Source of the DNA: a virus
IMG/VR virus record: IMGVR_UViG_3300013125_000002
Direction: 5' to 3' (one strand)
Length of the DNA: 64,000 nucleotides
Part shown: positions 38,480-48,505 of the stretch, piece after piece
Position numbering within the stretch: position 1 is the first letter of the stretch
How the letters are laid out: the number at the start of each line of letters is the position of its first letter
Position numbers and translations under genes: made by a program
The notes under the pieces: generated by a model
The model's input: only the letters and a program-made list of their open reading frames with translations
What the model was told of the DNA's origin: nothing
Database searches by the model: none

Positions 38480-40348
38480 TCACCCTGCCTTCTTGATGAG
38501 GTTCGTTCCCTTCCGCAACATCTGATCCAACTGCTGCAACATGACCTGTGGCAGCTCCTCGAGACTGCTGATCGTCACTGCATTCGAGTAGTACTGCTTG
38601 ACGCTGCTGCTCTGAATGCCGATGGCGAACAGCTCGACGAGCTTCTCGACCTCCTTGGCGATCTCCTTCAGGTAGCGCCTGTGCTGCTCGATGTGTCCAG
38701 GCAGATGTCCCAGGTTCGGACAAGGCTCCCCATCGTTGAAGACGAAGAGGATGCGCCGATCTTCCTTCCGCTGAAGGAGCCTGGCCGCTGCCATCCGCAC
38801 CGACTCACCATCGTAGGTGTTGAACTTCTGATTGCGAGCCATGTTCGCACAGTGGTGCTTCACCATGCGCCAGTCGTCGCTGAAGCTCTTGTAGACACCC
38901 ACCCAGAGATTCCCGAAGCGGCTGAAGATCTTCCTCTCGTCCTTGGTGGCCTTGTCGTGGCGTTGGACACCCGTGTTGTAGTCGACCGTCGAGTAGCCAC
39001 AGACCTCGAACGGAATCCCCAGCTCGTCGAGGACCTCTCCAAAGAGAATGGCTGCCTTCTCAGCCATCTCCAGCTTGTAGCCCTCCATGCTCCCCGAATG
39101 ATCGATCCAGAGTGAGCAGACCGTGTTGAAGCTCGGAGCCGTCACCTTCTGACGGAAGACTCTCTTGCTGGTCCCAAGGGGGACACGGAAGATCGCCTTG
39201 GGGTTGACGTGACCCCTCCGCTTGTCCGCCACCCACTTCGACCTCGCAATGGAGAGCAGGTTCATTCTCATCTTCTTGAGGAGCACGTTGACCATACCCC
39301 TCGCCTCGAGCAGGAACTGATGAACCTGCACCCTATCCCCATCACTGATCTTCTCGACCTGGTCACCTTCGGTGGTGTAGATGAGGTATCGATCCTCATC
39401 AGTCATCTCTTGCTTCGCGGCGTTCCGAAGCATGTTGTGGCGAGAAGTCAGCTGCTCGTCCTTCTCCAGCTCCTGGTCCGAGACGTTGAGCGGGTCCCCG
39501 TCCCCCTCACCATCCTCCTCGTCGCTCTCAGGACCCGATTCCTGGTCACTGTCTTCGTCTTCCTCCTCGCCTCCACCACCAGACCCAGACGCCCCTCCCT
39601 CCTCTTCATCCTCCTCGTCTCCCTCGGACTCCTCCTCGTCCAGCTCATCATCGTCAGGATCACCCATGTCGCCAGATGCGGGAGCAGGAATCGGTTCCTC
39701 CTCGCTCTCCTCCTCCGGCTCTTCCTCCTCAGCCAAGGACTTCATGATATCCCCGGCGTGCTGGAGGACAGCCTTCGTATCTGGCAGTTCCTTGGTCTCG
39801 ATGATCATCTGCTCGATCTTCTGCAGACGAGGCATGAGGTCAGCCTCTTTCTTGAGCACCTCCTCGACAAACCAGTGGTTCATCCCCTCCAGCCCGATGA
39901 TGCCGATCCCCTGACAGAGCTTGCCGAAATTACTCAGCTCCTCCCAGTGGTCCTTGAGCTGCTTGAGAGACCACTCGTTGCACCGCTTCAGGTTGACACC
40001 AGCCCCACGCCAAAGATTGCGCATGGCTGTCTCGATCCTGATGTCCTCGAGCGACTGGAAGATGTTCCACTTCTTGCGATCCCTACGCTTGAGGTTCTTC
40101 ATGACCGAAAGCTCGGTGAAGATGATGTGAGCCACCTCGTGATCCAGGAAGCCCTGCACCGCACCCAGGAACTCATCCGAAGCGTTGTCTGGGATCACAG
40201 GGAGGTAGATCGTCTTGCCGTCGGTCATGCAGGTGTCGTGACGGAAGATGACCTTGATCTTGTACTTCTCGGCGAGGATGCGCCCCAACTTCTCCATCGC
40301 CGACTCGAAGACACGAACCTTCGACCGACTGATCATCTGCGGAGTCAT
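38480..40348 (-). CDS. CobT-like metallopeptidase-vWA protein
   Basis: DHEVAH, LEDIRIE, acidic linker, MIDAS DHSGSM, NDGEP. Confidence 0.9.
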   Translation of the reverse strand: MTPQMISRSKVRVFESAMEKLGRILAEKYKIKVIFRHDTCMTDGKTIYLPVIPDNASDEFLGAVQGFLDHEVAHIIFTELSVMKNLKRRDRKKWNIFQSLEDIRIETAMRNLWRGAGVNLKRCNEWSLKQLKDHWEELSNFGKLCQGIGIIGLEGMNHWFVEEVLKKEADLMPRLQKIEQMIIETKELPDTKAVLQHAGDIMKSLAEEEEPEEESEEEPIPAPASGDMGDPDDDELDEEESEGDEEDEEEGGASGSGGGGEEEDEDSDQESGPESDEEDGEGDGDPLNVSDQELEKDEQLTSRHNMLRNAAKQEMTDEDRYLIYTTEGDQVEKISDGDRVQVHQFLLEARGMVNVLLKKMRMNLLSIARSKWVADKRRGHVNPKAIFRVPLGTSKRVFRQKVTAPSFNTVCSLWIDHSGSMEGYKLEMAEKAAILFGEVLDELGIPFEVCGYSTVDYNTGVQRHDKATKDERKIFSRFGNLWVGVYKSFSDDWRMVKHHCANMARNQKFNTYDGESVRMAAARLLQRKEDRRILFVFNDGEPCPNLGHLPGHIEQHRRYLKEIAKEVEKLVELFAIGIQSSSVKQYYSNAVTISSLEELPQVMLQQLDQMLRKGTNLIKKAG

Positions 40349-40536
40349 TTGCTGAATCTCTCCCTCAGCTCTTTGATCTTCTGGCGGTTGCGTTCTGCTT
40401 GTTCGTAGTTTCGCGAACCGTAGGCGCCACCCTCCCACAGCTTGGCGCAGTACTCGAGGTACTCGAGATGTGCCTCGAGTGAACGGTACTGATTGTCGGA
40501 ACCCAGGAACTTCATACTGCTAGTGACCGTCTGCAT
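40345..40536 (-). CDS. hypothetical protein
   Basis: Small ORF in operon. Confidence 0.5.
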   Translation of the reverse strand: MQTVTSSMKFLGSDNQYRSLEAHLEYLEYCAKLWEGGAYGSRNYEQAERNRQKIKELRERFSK

Positions 40537-40819
40537 CTAGCGGCTCCAGCTCATAGAAGTCCTCGAAGTAGTCGTAGTCATCGTAAGTGTCATCATCCGT
40601 AAAGCACTGCTGGTCACGGACATGAGCCTCTCCGACCACGGTTTGTCGGAGCTGACTATCACGCTCCAACTCATGTTCTATCGCCATGAGGTCTTCGATC
40701 ATCTGCCGCTGCTCGGCTGCATACTGCTCCCGTGTCATGCCGTGCGTTTCGCAGTAGATCTCCTCTTCGATGTCCTTCAGCTCCAGTTCTTCAGGTTCCA
40801 GCTTGCGTGGCCCTTTCAC
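40520..40819 (-). CDS. acidic hypothetical protein
   Basis: ORF in operon. Confidence 0.6.
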   Translation of the reverse strand: MKGPRKLEPEELELKDIEEEIYCETHGMTREQYAAEQRQMIEDLMAIEHELERDSQLRQTVVGEAHVRDQQCFTDDDTYDDYDYFEDFYELEPLDADGH

Positions 40820-40822
40820 GAA

Positions 40823-41614
40823 TCACTCCTCGGACTCATCCTTCTTGGTGGCCTTCTGGATCTTGTCAGCCGTCGCAGCGTACATGTGCCCCTTGCTGGT
40901 GGCCTTGTCCGGAACGTGAACAGGCTCCCAGTCAGCGAAGGGAGACCCCTCCTCGTCGCTGTACTTCGGCCGATTCACCTTGTCCCCCACGAATTGGGCA
41001 TAGTGATTCGGCCCCTGAACGTTCTCGATCTTCCCAGACTCCGTGAAGAAGAAGTCGTAGTCCGTTCTGCCCTTCTGCTTGCCACGGAAGGTGTGGTTGT
41101 CGAGAGCGTAGTCAGGCATCGGTAGCAGATTGCCCAGGGCTCGCTCGTTGATCATGAACATCAGATAGTCGTCCACCTCCCGGTTCTTGGGACAACGAGC
41201 GAGATAGAGCACCGCCTGGGCCAGGCACTCGATAGCTGACGAGGGAGGCTTCTTGAAGCCATCCGTCAGCCTCTCGTAGCCGTGGTAGAGCGAGTCCACC
41301 AGGATTGCCGCCAGCGGATTGACCAGACCGATATCCTCGCTGGCGATGACCGTCAGCCTCTTCCAGAGATAGCGAGCATACCCACAGGGATTGTTCTCCC
41401 CGAGGGGCTCCTGCATCTCCATCGCCCAGAAGAGAGCTGCCTTCTCGTTGCACCTGCGGATCGACTTCTGCAGTGCAGAGACGACCTCCATCAGGTCGTA
41501 GCCGTTCTTGGTCCTGCTACTGAACTTACCCCGCTTGAGATGCGGAGCCTGATTCAACGGGTCGGACACCGTTGCCGGAGCTGGTGTCCGTTTCACCACG
41601 GGCTGCTTGGGCAT
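40823..41614 (-). CDS. stand-alone RarA/MgsA C-terminal-like domain protein
   Basis: SALQKSIRR...WKRLTVIASEDIG...QAVLYLARCPKNR...PDYALDNHT; no Walker A. Confidence 0.8.
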   Translation of the reverse strand: MPKQPVVKRTPAPATVSDPLNQAPHLKRGKFSSRTKNGYDLMEVVSALQKSIRRCNEKAALFWAMEMQEPLGENNPCGYARYLWKRLTVIASEDIGLVNPLAAILVDSLYHGYERLTDGFKKPPSSAIECLAQAVLYLARCPKNREVDDYLMFMINERALGNLLPMPDYALDNHTFRGKQKGRTDYDFFFTESGKIENVQGPNHYAQFVGDKVNRPKYSDEEGSPFADWEPVHVPDKATSKGHMYAATADKIQKATKKDESEE

Positions 41615-41616
41615 GG

Positions 41617-42906
41617 TCAGACCGCATCCTCGAAGGCGCGCTGGATGATGCCGCTCGTGACCTGGCTGTCCTCGCTCGTCATGCGATTGAGGAAGCAGTA
41701 GGTCGCCGCACGCATCGGGTCACCCATCTTCAGATACTTGTCGATCCAGTTGATGAGGTCACGGGGGCTGAGCGGAACGCTGATCTGACCGTTGGCGTGC
41801 CCATCGCGCACCTTGTTAACCGCGACCACGAACGCATCGGCCTCCGCCTTGTCGAGATCAGGGAACATGTTCATGATCATCTGCTTCTCCTGGTCGGGCG
41901 GGAGGTACTTCATCTTGATGGTCAGACCGAAGCGGTTGATCTGGGAGTAGTTCTGGATGCGAGTGCCCTGGCTGTAGAGACCGGACTCATCTCCCTGGCC
42001 AGCCGTGTTTGCCGTCGCCGCGATGAGGTTGTCCTCGTGGAGGGGCACCAACTCGCCACCCGTCTCCATGAGCAGCAGCTTGCCGTCGTCCTTCTGAAGC
42101 GGGCGCTGGATGACGAAGCTCGTCTCCTCCGAGATCGTGTCCCACTCATCCAGAACGATGAGGCATCCCGGCATGCGGAACGCGAGGGGGAGGACACCGT
42201 ACTGAAACACCATCTCACGGCCCTTGACGACCCACTCACCGATGAGATCGTTGCGGGTCACCGAACCGTCGAAGCTGATCTTGACCACGCTGTAGTTGAG
42301 CCTTGCCGCCACCTGCTCGAGGAGCGAGGTCTTGCCGGTCCCGGTGTCACCCCACACCAGGATGCGATCCTTGCACGCGAACCCCATGAGCAGCACCAGC
42401 GTCTCCTCAGCCGGAAACACGTACTCCGGCTTGAGGGTGGGGGTGAACTCCGTCGGCTCCTCGAACCCCTGCACCTGGCGGTCCTTCAGCTTGGGCTTGC
42501 CGGTCGCCGGGTCGATGACCGGCTTCCCAGCATCGTCCGTCTCGACGCCCAGATCGATCTTGAAGGTCTCGCGCACGGAGAAGAGCTTCTTCTTCCGGTG
42601 CGGGGTCTTCACGCGCTGACCGCCAACCTGGGCGAACCTCTTCTCATACTCGGCCTTGCCCTTCTCGGAGAAGATCGGGGCGCCCGGATAGATCTTCAGG
42701 TAGTTCTCCAGATCGATCCCGTGCTCGTCCTTGATGTGCTTCACCAGGATGTGGCCCTCGTACTTGCAGCCCGGCACCTGGCAGGCGACCTTGTTGCTTC
42801 CCGTCCCGACCGGCAGGTGAACCTGCTCGGTCTGCTGGTTGGCGTCCGTCTCGTTCTCGTTGGCCTGAGCGTTCTTCGCCGTGCGAACCACGTTCGTCTT
42901 GGTCAC
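41617..42906 (-). CDS. CobS/MoxR-like AAA+ ATPase with N-terminal C2H2 zinc finger
   Basis: GDTGTGKT, VLDEWD, ATANTAGQGD, SPRDLINW; CQVPGC...HIKDEH. Confidence 0.9.
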   Translation of the reverse strand: MTKTNVVRTAKNAQANENETDANQQTEQVHLPVGTGSNKVACQVPGCKYEGHILVKHIKDEHGIDLENYLKIYPGAPIFSEKGKAEYEKRFAQVGGQRVKTPHRKKKLFSVRETFKIDLGVETDDAGKPVIDPATGKPKLKDRQVQGFEEPTEFTPTLKPEYVFPAEETLVLLMGFACKDRILVWGDTGTGKTSLLEQVAARLNYSVVKISFDGSVTRNDLIGEWVVKGREMVFQYGVLPLAFRMPGCLIVLDEWDTISEETSFVIQRPLQKDDGKLLLMETGGELVPLHEDNLIAATANTAGQGDESGLYSQGTRIQNYSQINRFGLTIKMKYLPPDQEKQMIMNMFPDLDKAEADAFVVAVNKVRDGHANGQISVPLSPRDLINWIDKYLKMGDPMRAATYCFLNRMTSEDSQVTSGIIQRAFEDAV

Positions 42907-42998
42907 GATTGATCTCCTGATTGTGGATAATTCTTGCGAGAAATCCAGGAGTTACCCCCTATCGCCTTGGTTCATTCCAAGGATCGATTGGAGTAACA

Positions 42999-43028
42999 CT
43001 TGTACCACAGGTCGATTCTAGAAAGCAA
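42999..43028 (-). promoter_or_regulatory. sigma70-like promoter upstream of the cobS-like gene, overlapping a TTCTAGAA palindrome
   Basis: TTGCTT-18 nt-TACAAG with extended TG. Confidence 0.5.
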
Positions 43029-43044
43029 GAGGGAAACAGCAGAA

Positions 43045-43596
43045 CTACCAGAAAGACTTCCGACCTCGTTCCTTCTGCAAGTCGTTGAAGTCCTTTGGTT
43101 TTTCGAGTTCGATCTCGGCCTTCTCTACTTCATTCCAAGATCGAATCCACACGATATGATCTGCGTTGATGAGGTACTGGTCCATGTTCAAGTAGGTGAT
43201 TTCCCGTGGATTTCTCACGAACTTGATCTGGGCACCAGCCTCGATCATACGCCTCTTGAGATCATCTGTGGTCTGCAGAACCGACTCACAGACCATGACC
43301 TCGATGTTTGGTAGCCCAGGAGCAGACACCTCCTGGAGGAACTGACTCAGAAGCTGCTGCTGACTCTTCTCCTTGGTGTAGGACCTTGGCTCCAAGATCA
43401 GAATCTGGTTCCATTTCTGACTTGCAGCCCGAAGCATCTCCAGGCTCCACTCTGGGGTGGGGTTCCCCTTCTTGTCTCGAACTGCAAAGAGTTTCGGAGC
43501 GAGCACAACGAGTATACGACCTCGCTCCTTCTTACCTGGTCGCAGTCTCTGACCAGGTGGACCACCTAGCCACTGATCCCTACTGGTCATCACCAT
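43045..43596 (-). CDS. hypothetical protein
   Basis: ORF in operon. Confidence 0.65.
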   Translation of the reverse strand: MVMTSRDQWLGGPPGQRLRPGKKERGRILVVLAPKLFAVRDKKGNPTPEWSLEMLRAASQKWNQILILEPRSYTKEKSQQQLLSQFLQEVSAPGLPNIEVMVCESVLQTTDDLKRRMIEAGAQIKFVRNPREITYLNMDQYLINADHIVWIRSWNEVEKAEIELEKPKDFNDLQKERGRKSFW

Positions 43597-43958
43597 GTCC
43601 CCTTTCGCTTGCAGAACGACTTGAATGGAGGCAGTGGCTCTCGAGGCTTGTCCTCAGGCTGAATCCTCCGCGTCAGCCTATCCTTCCGATAGTCGTAGTG
43701 CTTCAGGTCATCCTCGATCCTCTGAGCCATCTTGGTCAGCACTTCGATCTTCTTGTCTTGAGGAATGGACTGCTCGATCTGTGCAACTCCCTTCTTCAAC
43801 CTCTCCAATCGTTTTTCCGAAGAGAGGGTTGCGAAGTGTGCTCCTAGTGGTGCGAATGCCGCATGCGGTACGATGGTGCTAAGATCAATCTCTTTGTCGA
43901 TCACCTGAGATAGTAGACTGATGATCTTCTCTTTCAACTGCTCAACTTCTTCCATCAC
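43590..43958 (-). CDS. hypothetical protein
   Basis: ORF in operon. Confidence 0.65.
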   Translation of the reverse strand: MMEEVEQLKEKIISLLSQVIDKEIDLSTIVPHAAFAPLGAHFATLSSEKRLERLKKGVAQIEQSIPQDKKIEVLTKMAQRIEDDLKHYDYRKDRLTRRIQPEDKPREPLPPFKSFCKRKGTW

Positions 43959-44734
43959 CAGTCTCCCTTTCGAGTCTTGAGTTTCGGCTTCTCCTCTTTC
44001 GAACTACCCTTGGCAGGCTGCCGATTCTCCTCGTTCGTGAGCCGTCTGACCTCCTTGCGGATCAGGTCCTGTTTGGTGATGCTGTCCTTCTTTCCACCCG
44101 TCCTCTCGTCATCCTCGCTATCCTCAGGGGCTTCCCGATAGCTGAAGCTGCCCAATCCTGACGGTCGGTACGAAGGGAACCCGTAATACCCACCTCCATC
44201 CCCACAGCCCTCAACCCCACCAGTATTGATGTCGAAGACACGACCAAAGCCCCTGCCACGCTCCTTGTTCCTCTTGTAGCGGGTCTCCCAGGACTCCCAG
44301 CTGTCGGGCTTCTTCGCTGGCTCTACCTCAGCCTCGTGAATCTGCCCAGTACAGTGAGCACCATCGTAGAAGTACTCGATGGTGAGCCACTTACGATCAA
44401 CTTTGGTGATCCTGAAGACTCGACCACTCCCCTCCTTGCGTCGACCGAAGTCCCCCACATGGAACTTGGACTTGTCCTTCTTGGAGTTCACCTCTGGAAC
44501 AGTGATCGTATCCTCACTGAGCCACTGCACCTCACAGGGTGCAACCCCCGTGACGGTGCCGTTGGTATTCCAAAGGTGCATGAAGTCCCCCAAGAGTGAC
44601 TTCACCTTGTACACCTTCCCGTTAAAGAGCACAAGATCTCCTTCTTTGATCTCGTACCCCTCTGGGTCTCTCATGATCATCCTCACCCCAACTATCTTTG
44701 ACACATTGACTCCAATCCGATCTGAGCAGCCCAC
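43955..44734 (-). CDS. protein with two SH3/KOW-like repeats
   Basis: IKEGDLVLFNGKVYKV and FHVGDFGRRK...VFRITKV. Confidence 0.6.
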   Translation of the reverse strand: MGCSDRIGVNVSKIVGVRMIMRDPEGYEIKEGDLVLFNGKVYKVKSLLGDFMHLWNTNGTVTGVAPCEVQWLSEDTITVPEVNSKKDKSKFHVGDFGRRKEGSGRVFRITKVDRKWLTIEYFYDGAHCTGQIHEAEVEPAKKPDSWESWETRYKRNKERGRGFGRVFDINTGGVEGCGDGGGYYGFPSYRPSGLGSFSYREAPEDSEDDERTGGKKDSITKQDLIRKEVRRLTNEENRQPAKGSSKEEKPKLKTRKGDW

Positions 44735-45810
44735 CCAAGATAAGCATCCGACTCAACCGTGATCCTGGATGCCATCTCAGATAGGAACACACGAACCAAC
44801 TGCTCCTGCTCCAGCATGTCTCCGAAGTCGGCTTTGGACCAGACCTCCTTGAACTGAAATGGGAAGACACTGACCAACTCGAACCGACCTTGAAGCTGCT
44901 TGACCAGCTTCACCATCTTTGCTCGAGCATCGTAATCCCAAGCCAGTGTCACTTCTCTTGGCTTGATCTTCTGGAGAACCTCCACCTGACGCTGGCTGAG
45001 CTTCTTCCCAAACGTGCAAAGGGAATCGTAGCCACTCAGCAAAACCCCCAGAGCATCGAAGACACCCTCCACTACCACCACGTGCTCTGGGCTAAGGTCT
45101 CTCATGGTGAAGACCCTCTGTCCCTCATGCCACGCCAGCGGCCAGAGCAGGGACTGAATATCCGTCCCTGGCCAGACCTCCCAAGCCCTGGATTTGGGCT
45201 TACGCCCAGTCACGTCCCGTCCGCTGGCTGTCTTGATCACTCCTTCCAGATCCCTGACTGGGAAGATCAATCTACCCAGCCACCGCTTCTGCCGTATGTC
45301 CTGGCAGTAGCGCACATCATACTTCTTGAGTAGCTCCCTTGTGAGACCACGCTTGGCGGCGTAGTCCCCCGCCTTGCTCCCCGCCTTCACCGGCCCAAAC
45401 GACCCAGGTATCTCAATCCCACCTGGCGCAGCAACGATCTCTCGAGACCTAAACGAAGCCTCAAGTAGGTCCCCAAGCTCCTCCGCTGGCGTTGGCTCCA
45501 CATGACCTAGCAGCCGCCGCCTCACTTCAGAGATCGAGACCCCCTCCGCATCAGCTATGAAGCGAGGCAGCCACGATGTTCCCTCCTGCTGCTTGTGATC
45601 TCCATAGCCGCACTTGTAGCAGATCCATCTCTTCTTGACGTGATTGATCCACAGGTGCTGCTTGTCGTCCGACCCACTGCACCCCTTGGGGGCGAAGCAG
45701 TTGACTCGCAGCTCATCCCCCGATCTTCGAACTGGAGAGAAGTTCTGCTCTACGTAGCTCTCCAGATCGAAGAGGTTGATGGCCCTGAGGAGTCGAACTT
45801 TGTCATCCAC
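44692..45810 (-). CDS. DNA primase (Zn-binding + TOPRIM)
   Basis: C...CYKCG zinc domain, RLIFPV, VVEGVFDAL, AWDYD, DFGD. Confidence 0.92.
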   Translation of the reverse strand: MDDKVRLLRAINLFDLESYVEQNFSPVRRSGDELRVNCFAPKGCSGSDDKQHLWINHVKKRWICYKCGYGDHKQQEGTSWLPRFIADAEGVSISEVRRRLLGHVEPTPAEELGDLLEASFRSREIVAAPGGIEIPGSFGPVKAGSKAGDYAAKRGLTRELLKKYDVRYCQDIRQKRWLGRLIFPVRDLEGVIKTASGRDVTGRKPKSRAWEVWPGTDIQSLLWPLAWHEGQRVFTMRDLSPEHVVVVEGVFDALGVLLSGYDSLCTFGKKLSQRQVEVLQKIKPREVTLAWDYDARAKMVKLVKQLQGRFELVSVFPFQFKEVWSKADFGDMLEQEQLVRVFLSEMASRITVESDAYLGWAAQIGLESMCQR

Positions 45811-45835
45811 CAGCGTACTCCTGCTGCAGAGAGTA

Positions 45836-47155
45836 TCACGACCAGTAGCCCGTCCGCTTCCTCTTCGGCTTGGAAACCGGAGCAGGAGTGGGCGGAGGGG
45901 GTGCTGCCTGCTGCTGAGCCTGGGCCGCTGCAACCGCCTTCGGAGCCTGCACCGGAACTGACACAGGTGGCGGAGGTGGCTGCTGAGTGACCTGACCAGG
46001 GTTCAGTGCCTGAAGCTGGCGATTGTACTCCTGGACCTTCACGCTCCCACGGCACTGTGGGTATCGAACACAACCATAGAAGTCGTAGCGCTTCCCACCG
46101 TAGCGCCCTCGCCGATTGCTGAAGCCCTGCTTGCGCTGAAGCTGAGACCCACAGATAGGACAGGTCGGAAGATTTGCTCCTCCGCCGGCCGGCTGGTTCT
46201 GGACCACCACCTGCTGCCCAAGCTTCCCCTGCCATGGCACCGTCCACGTCCTTGCTCGCTGGGCCAACTCCTCGACCTTTCTCAGCGTCCCTGGGTATGG
46301 GGAACCCATGTCGATGTAGATCATCCCATCCCCAAGAATACGATCATCCCGATAGCTGAGTGGGCCATTGGGGTTATTTGGCCCTGTGGTTGAGAGTGCC
46401 CACTCGATGAACTCCACGTGGTCAGGATACTTCGCCCGATTGCCCTGTGCCTTCTGAGCAGCCGCCTGCTTGGCAGCCTGAGCCTTGTCATCCTCCCACT
46501 TATTGATTGTATCCATCACTCCCCGAGAGGAAGAGCAGCGAACGCCATCGATCTCCACCACCCCACCCGCCAACCTCGCAACAGGAATACCCAACGACTG
46601 AGCGTAGTCAACCTCACGCTCGAAGGCCTTCCGCTCCTTGTGGATCTTGATCGCCTCGACGATCTCATCGACCGTCATGCTGGTGATGTTGATCCCCAGC
46701 TGCTTGGCCTCACGCTCCGCCTTCCGGTAGATGCGGAGCATGTTGAGCCACTCCTGGTGAGCGATCTGCTCCAGCCTCTCCTCCACCTCCGCTGCTGGCA
46801 CACCCGCAGCCAGCAACTGCTGGCGAATCTCATCCCGCCGCTCTTTGAGCCAGGCATTCATCACTGCCAACGGTCCACACGCTGCTCCGCATGGACCAAT
46901 CAGCTTGCCGGTCTCATCCTGGAGCCACCACTGAAGGTCCAGTGGCGTTCCATTCGTTTGCTCAGGATCGTTCATCCGCTCCTTGAGCGTCGGATTCTCC
47001 TTGAGATGCACCCTGCGGTTGTGCGGATCCACAATAGCCGTAGCACAGATCACGCACCGACCGCTCTGTCTCATCACACGGTAGATGCGAAGCTTCCCGC
47101 CCTCGGCGAGACGCTTATGCAGCTTCCGTTTGTCACTGACCTTCTTGACGAACAT
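45836..47155 (-). CDS. hypothetical protein with topoisomerase-type C4 zinc ribbon
   Basis: CPICGSQL...FYGCVRYPQC. Confidence 0.75.
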   Translation of the reverse strand: MFVKKVSDKRKLHKRLAEGGKLRIYRVMRQSGRCVICATAIVDPHNRRVHLKENPTLKERMNDPEQTNGTPLDLQWWLQDETGKLIGPCGAACGPLAVMNAWLKERRDEIRQQLLAAGVPAAEVEERLEQIAHQEWLNMLRIYRKAEREAKQLGINITSMTVDEIVEAIKIHKERKAFEREVDYAQSLGIPVARLAGGVVEIDGVRCSSSRGVMDTINKWEDDKAQAAKQAAAQKAQGNRAKYPDHVEFIEWALSTTGPNNPNGPLSYRDDRILGDGMIYIDMGSPYPGTLRKVEELAQRARTWTVPWQGKLGQQVVVQNQPAGGGANLPTCPICGSQLQRKQGFSNRRGRYGGKRYDFYGCVRYPQCRGSVKVQEYNRQLQALNPGQVTQQPPPPPVSVPVQAPKAVAAAQAQQQAAPPPPTPAPVSKPKRKRTGYWS

Positions 47156-47159
47156 CTGT

Positions 47160-47546
47160 CTACTCCTTCATCGGGGTGCAGCCGACCCACCCCTCCACCT
47201 TACCCGCCCTGATCTTGAACCACACCCAGCGGACATGCTCGAGGACCACGTAGCTCTTTCTCGGAGCTGTCTTTCCCAGAATCTTTCCCCTCAGCCCACG
47301 ACCACTCCGGATGATGCAAGTCGTAGAGAAACTCACCCTCTTCTCGACCGAAGTCTCTGGACTAGCTTGCCCCACCGGTTTCTCCGCAGACGGAATGACG
47401 GACGGAGCATGTGATCTGTTCTCACTCAGATTGCAGAGGAGACAGCTTCCCACACCCAGCATTGTCACACAGCCCCCAAGCCCAAGCAGCCACTTGAAAA
47501 GCAGCAGTCCGAACCCGATCTTGATGCCATCCTTGATGGTTGCCAT
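47160..47546 (-). CDS. membrane-anchored SH3b domain protein
   Basis: N-terminal hydrophobic helix; IRSGRG...WFKIRAGKVEGWV. Confidence 0.7.
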   Translation of the reverse strand: MATIKDGIKIGFGLLLFKWLLGLGGCVTMLGVGSCLLCNLSENRSHAPSVIPSAEKPVGQASPETSVEKRVSFSTTCIIRSGRGLRGKILGKTAPRKSYVVLEHVRWVWFKIRAGKVEGWVGCTPMKE

Positions 47547-47549
47547 GTT

Positions 47550-48029
47550 CTACTCCTCCCAGTTCGTACCGTCGCTGATGGACGCCCTCGGATCGAAATC
47601 CTCACCAGCTGCCTTGAGCACATCCTCCCACTGTAGATCGCAGGTTTCCATCACCCTGTTCTGACCATCCCACTCGACCCGAAGTCTCCACTTCCACTCG
47701 TGCTGCGTCATGATCAGCACAGAATGAGCAACTGCGAACTCGGTGGTACCGACTGCTGGCAGGTCTGGGATTCTCACCACACTGCCCTCTGCCAGTGCCC
47801 GCTCCGCTGCATACTGGAAATCCTCTCCCCTCAACCCCGAGGCCACCTTGAGGCTACGCTCCTCGAACTCCATCTTGAAGAACTTCGTATAGAGCGATCC
47901 TGCCAGCTCCATCAGAAGCTTCTTGGCAAGCAGCATCCTTGCCAGCTTCTGATTCAGCCGCACCACCCCAAACACATCCCCCATCGGTTGGTCCGTCTCA
48001 GTGTCCCATAGCGGGATCAGAAGCTTCAT
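47550..48029 (-). CDS. hypothetical protein (start MKLLIP)
   Basis: ATGA overlap with the upstream gene. Confidence 0.6.
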   Translation of the reverse strand: MKLLIPLWDTETDQPMGDVFGVVRLNQKLARMLLAKKLLMELAGSLYTKFFKMEFEERSLKVASGLRGEDFQYAAERALAEGSVVRIPDLPAVGTTEFAVAHSVLIMTQHEWKWRLRVEWDGQNRVMETCDLQWEDVLKAAGEDFDPRASISDGTNWEE

Positions 48030-48382
48030 GACTTCTTCCCTCCGAGCTTCTCCAGAACCTTCGCTGCCTTCTGCAGCTCCGCAGCGAGGGTGGTCGCCTG
48101 GGTCAGGTTCAGCGGACACAGCTCCTTCACCTGCCACGGGTTGCCGGTCTTCTTACTGATCCCCACCCGGTAGATACCGATGCGAGTCTCACCACCGTTG
48201 TAGTTGTAGACCTGCACGGAGATCACGCCGTTTCGACCCACATCGATGGGGTCTCCCTCGTGGTACATCGTGAGCAACTTGGGATCGTAGGACCGACCCG
48301 GTTGCTGGCTCTGGACTGCCGCTGCCGCGAGGGCCTTGCTGGGGACCGATACTGCCTGGTGTTGCTTCGCTCTTGATGCCAC
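48026..48382 (-). CDS. PC4-like ssDNA-binding / transcription coactivator-like protein
   Basis: VQVYNYNGGETRIGIYR...W...L..AELQ pattern; GGAGG SD. Confidence 0.55.
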   Translation of the reverse strand: MASRAKQHQAVSVPSKALAAAAVQSQQPGRSYDPKLLTMYHEGDPIDVGRNGVISVQVYNYNGGETRIGIYRVGISKKTGNPWQVKELCPLNLTQATTLAAELQKAAKVLEKLGGKKS

Positions 48383-48505
48383 CGCATCCTCCTTGGTTTG
48401 GGACTCGTTGTTTCTCAGCGTCCCGCCGAGACGCGGCTTTCAGATCTTCCCACGAGTCGTGCCGCCGGGCCTGCCTGCAGAGAGTATCAGGCGGCCCACA
48501 GACCT

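Noticed and set aside
38480-42906. Cobalamin biosynthesis (cobS/cobT) as auxiliary metabolism
   Set aside because: No cobN or other cob genes in the window; phage homologues are generic AAA+/vWA pairs
43590-44734. Proteins ending exactly in Trp (RKGTW*, RKGDW*)
   Set aside because: Can be explained by TGG-TGA-TG stop/start overlaps, so not counted in the YW motif
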